Source: Chiloscyllium plagiosum
Taxonomy: Eukaryota
Reading direction: 5' to 3'
Assembly (NCBI RefSeq): GCF_004010195.1
Contig: NC_057752.1
Coordinates: forward strand, 11,910,777-11,963,058
Length of the DNA stretch: 52,282 bases
The notes beneath the pieces were generated by a model, which had not been told where the DNA came from, ran no database searches, and saw nothing but the letters and a program-made list of their open reading frames with translations. The translations under genes were made by a program, and so were the position numbers. Of this stretch, positions 49,383-52,282 are shown piece after piece; position 1 is the first letter of the stretch; each line of letters starts with the position of its first letter.

Positions 49383-49882
49383 NNNNNNNNNNNNNNNNNN
49401 NNNNNNNNNNNNNNNNNNNNNNNNNNNNNNNNNNNNNNNNNNNNNNNNNNNNNNNNNNNNNNNNNNNNNNNNNNNNNNNNNNNNNNNNNNNNNNNNNNNN
49501 NNNNNNNNNNNNNNNNNNNNNNNNNNNNNNNNNNNNNNNNNNNNNNNNNNNNNNNNNNNNNNNNNNNNNNNNNNNNNNNNNNNNNNNNNNNNNNNNNNNN
49601 NNNNNNNNNNNNNNNNNNNNNNNNNNNNNNNNNNNNNNNNNNNNNNNNNNNNNNNNNNNNNNNNNNNNNNNNNNNNNNNNNNNNNNNNNNNNNNNNNNNN
49701 NNNNNNNNNNNNNNNNNNNNNNNNNNNNNNNNNNNNNNNNNNNNNNNNNNNNNNNNNNNNNNNNNNNNNNNNNNNNNNNNNNNNNNNNNNNNNNNNNNNN
49801 NNNNNNNNNNNNNNNNNNNNNNNNNNNNNNNNNNNNNNNNNNNNNNNNNNNNNNNNNNNNNNNNNNNNNNNNNNNNNNNNNN
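49383..49882. other. Assembly gap (500 N)
   Basis: Run of exactly 500 N, so the true size may differ. Confidence 1.
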
Positions 49883-50338
49883 ATTACAAATACATTAAGG
49901 ACAAAAGGGTAACTAGGGAGAGAATAGGGCCCCTCAAAGATCAGCAAGGCAGCCTTTGTATGGATCCGCAGCATTTGGGGGAAGATACGAAACGAGTATT
50001 TTGCATCAGTATTTACTGTGGAGAAGGACATGGAAGGTATAGAATGGAGGGAAACAGATGGTGACATCTTGCAAAATGTCCAGATTACAGAAGAGGAAGT
50101 GCTGGATGTCTTGAAACACATAAAAGTGGATAAATCCCCAGGACTTGATCGGGTGTACCTGAGAACTGTGGGAAGCTAGGGAAATGATTGCTGGGCCTCT
50201 TGCTGAGATATTTGTATCATCGATAGTCACAGGTGAGGTGCCAGAAGACTGAAAGTTGGCTAACGTGGTACCATTATTTAAGAAAGGTGATAAAGGACAA
50301 GCCAGGAAACTATAGACCGGTGAGCCTGACGTCGGTGG

Positions 50339-51053
50339 TGAAGAGGGAAATGGCAAGGGGCAGGGTGACACTGAGCACATGGACACACAAGATGACCGCT
50401 GAGCCATTAGTTGGCCACACAAGATGGCCTCAGGATCACAATATGGAGAGAAACAGCAGAGCAGTTACAGACACTGCATGGGGCCACCAGGATGCCAGCA
50501 CAATGCATTCACAACCCAGTTTTGGGTGGGTGGAGGAGAGAATACACGAGTAACAAACATTGTCCGCCGAAGTGTCTGGGTCCAGCCAATACCTCTTACA
50601 GAAATGCTAACAGACTGATACAGACTCAATACGAAATGCTAATAGCCAGGGCTGCACTAATCGTCCTTCTCAGGGAGAGCGATTGGCGCCCATTACTACA
50701 GCAATGGATTTCCATGCACACATCGAAACGGACAATGTCTAAACTGAAACTGACAATTACCATGTGGAAATTAACAAAGGCTGCGCTGGAACTGACAAAG
50801 ACTGTATCAAAACTACCAGTGATTCTGCAACGAAACATGGCTTGTTTATGGCAAAGAAAATAATCTCATCATTGACCTATCGTATCACTAGAGGTATAAA
50901 AGTTTCTTGTCATGTGCTCCGGATCAAGAGAAGACTTGCAGCTGACCACTGTGCTGTTGGTGTCTTTCTCACCCCGGAGCAATAAACTTGTGCAATAAAC
51001 TCTGTCATTGAATCCAGATTCTGACTCAGAGACTAGTGTTTTTCCCCAGAACA
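50339..51053 (+). mobile_element. Solo LTR inserted in CR1 ORF2
   Basis: TG...CA ends, 4-bp TSD GTGG (50335-50338 and 51054-51057), TATAAAA at 50895, AATAAA at 50981 and 50994; CR1 sequence resumes afterwards. Confidence 0.82.
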
Positions 51054-52282
51054 GTGGGAGAGAATCCTGAGGGACAGGATTTACATGTATTTGGAAAGGC
51101 AAGGACTGATTAGGGAAAGTCAACATGGCTTTGTGCCATGGGAAATCATGTCTCACAAACTTGATTGAGTTTTTTGAAAAAGTAACAAAAAGAACATTGA
51201 TGAGTGCAGAGCAGTAGATGTGATCTATATGGACTTCAGTAAGACCTTCGACAAGGTTCCCCATGAGAGGCTGGTTAGCAAGGTTAGATCTCATGGAATA
51301 CAGGGAGAACTAGCCATTTGGATACAGAACTGGCTCAAAGGTAGAAGATCTGGTGGTGGAGGGTTGTTTTTCAGACTGGAGGCCTGTGACCAGTGGAGTC
51401 CCACAAGGATCAGTGCTGGGTCCACTACTTTTTATCATTTATATTAGTAAGTTGGATATGAACATAGGAGGTATAGCAGGTAAGTTTGCAGATTACACCA
51501 AAATTGGAGGCATAGTGGACAGCGAAGAGGGTTACCTCAGATTACAACGGGATCTTGATCAGATGGGCCAGTGGGCTAAGGAGTGGCAGATGGAGTTTAA
51601 TTCAGAATAATGTGAGCTGCTGCATTTTGGAAAGGAAATATTAGCAGGGCTTATACACTTAATGATAAGGTCCTAGGGAGTGTTGCTGAACAAAGAGACC
51701 TTGGAGTGCAGGTTCATAGCTCCTTGAAAGTAGTGTCGCAGGTAGATAGGATAGTGAAGGCGGCATTTGGTATGCTTTCCTTTATTGATCAGAGCACTGA
51801 GTATAGGAGTTGGGAGGTCATGTTGCGGCTGTATAGGATTTGGTGGGTTCGGCCACTTTTGGAATATTGTGTGCAATACTGGTCTCCTTCCTGTCGGAAA
51901 GATGTTGTGAAACTCAAAAAGGTTCAGAAAAAGGATTTACAAAGACGTTGCCAGGTTTGGAGGATTTGAACTATAGGGAGAGATTGAATAGGCTGGGGCT
52001 GTTTTCCCTGGAGCATCGGAGGCTGAGGGGTGACCTTATAGAGGTTTACAAAATCATGAGGGGCATGGATAGGATAAATAGACAAAGTATTTTCCCTGGG
52101 GTGGGGGAGTCCAGAACTAGAGGGCATAGGTTTAGGGTGAGAGGGGAAAGATATAAAAGGGACCTAAGGGGCAACTTTTTCACACAGAGGGTGGTACGTG
52201 TATGGAATGAGCTGCCAGAGGAAGTGGTACAATTACAGCATTTAGAACATAGAACATAGAACAATACAGCACAGAACAGGCC

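Larger units (their letters stand above)
47220..52240 (+). mobile_element. Near full-length degenerate CR1 (5' UTR, ORF1, ORF2, 3' end)
   Basis: ORF1 ICSSCWMW..CNKC and IVLGDSLVR (SGNH esterase); ORF2 [57 protein letters not shown]. Confidence 0.88.

Noticed and set aside
44343..50121. ORFs over 200 aa that span N runs
   Set aside because: Artefacts of the assembly gaps.
50411..50863. 150-aa ORF
   Set aside because: Lies inside the solo LTR, starts at TTG and has no recognisable motif.

Overview
Repeat-rich vertebrate genomic DNA, most likely from a shark (inferred from the dense CR1-type LINEs, HE1-like tRNA SINEs and Penelope remnants). Most supplied ORFs are retroelement fragments or noise; the host genes appear only after manual splicing. 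From left to right: (1) the last two coding exons of HAT1 (+); (2) a deletion-riddled TEDDM1/TMEM45-family pseudogene (-) just past the HAT1 poly(A) signal; (3) a complete three-exon gene (+, 18510-21914) encoding a 220-aa PYRIN-linker-DEATH domain (PYD-DD) protein with an ASC/PYCARD-like exon layout, a RAIDD-like death domain instead of a CARD, and an ISG15-type ISRE about 105 bp upstream of the ATG; (4) converging on it, the 3' part of a TNF-receptor-superfamily-like gene (-) with stalk, transmembrane, 20-bp microexon and two tail exons carrying TRAF-type motifs PVQEE and SLEE and no death domain. The PYD-DD adaptor is the best candidate for an undescribed immune or cell-death component. Two assembly gaps lie at 44399-44967 and 49383-49882. 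All family assignments are by eye and from memory; no searches were run, and repeat boundaries are approximate unless TSDs are given.
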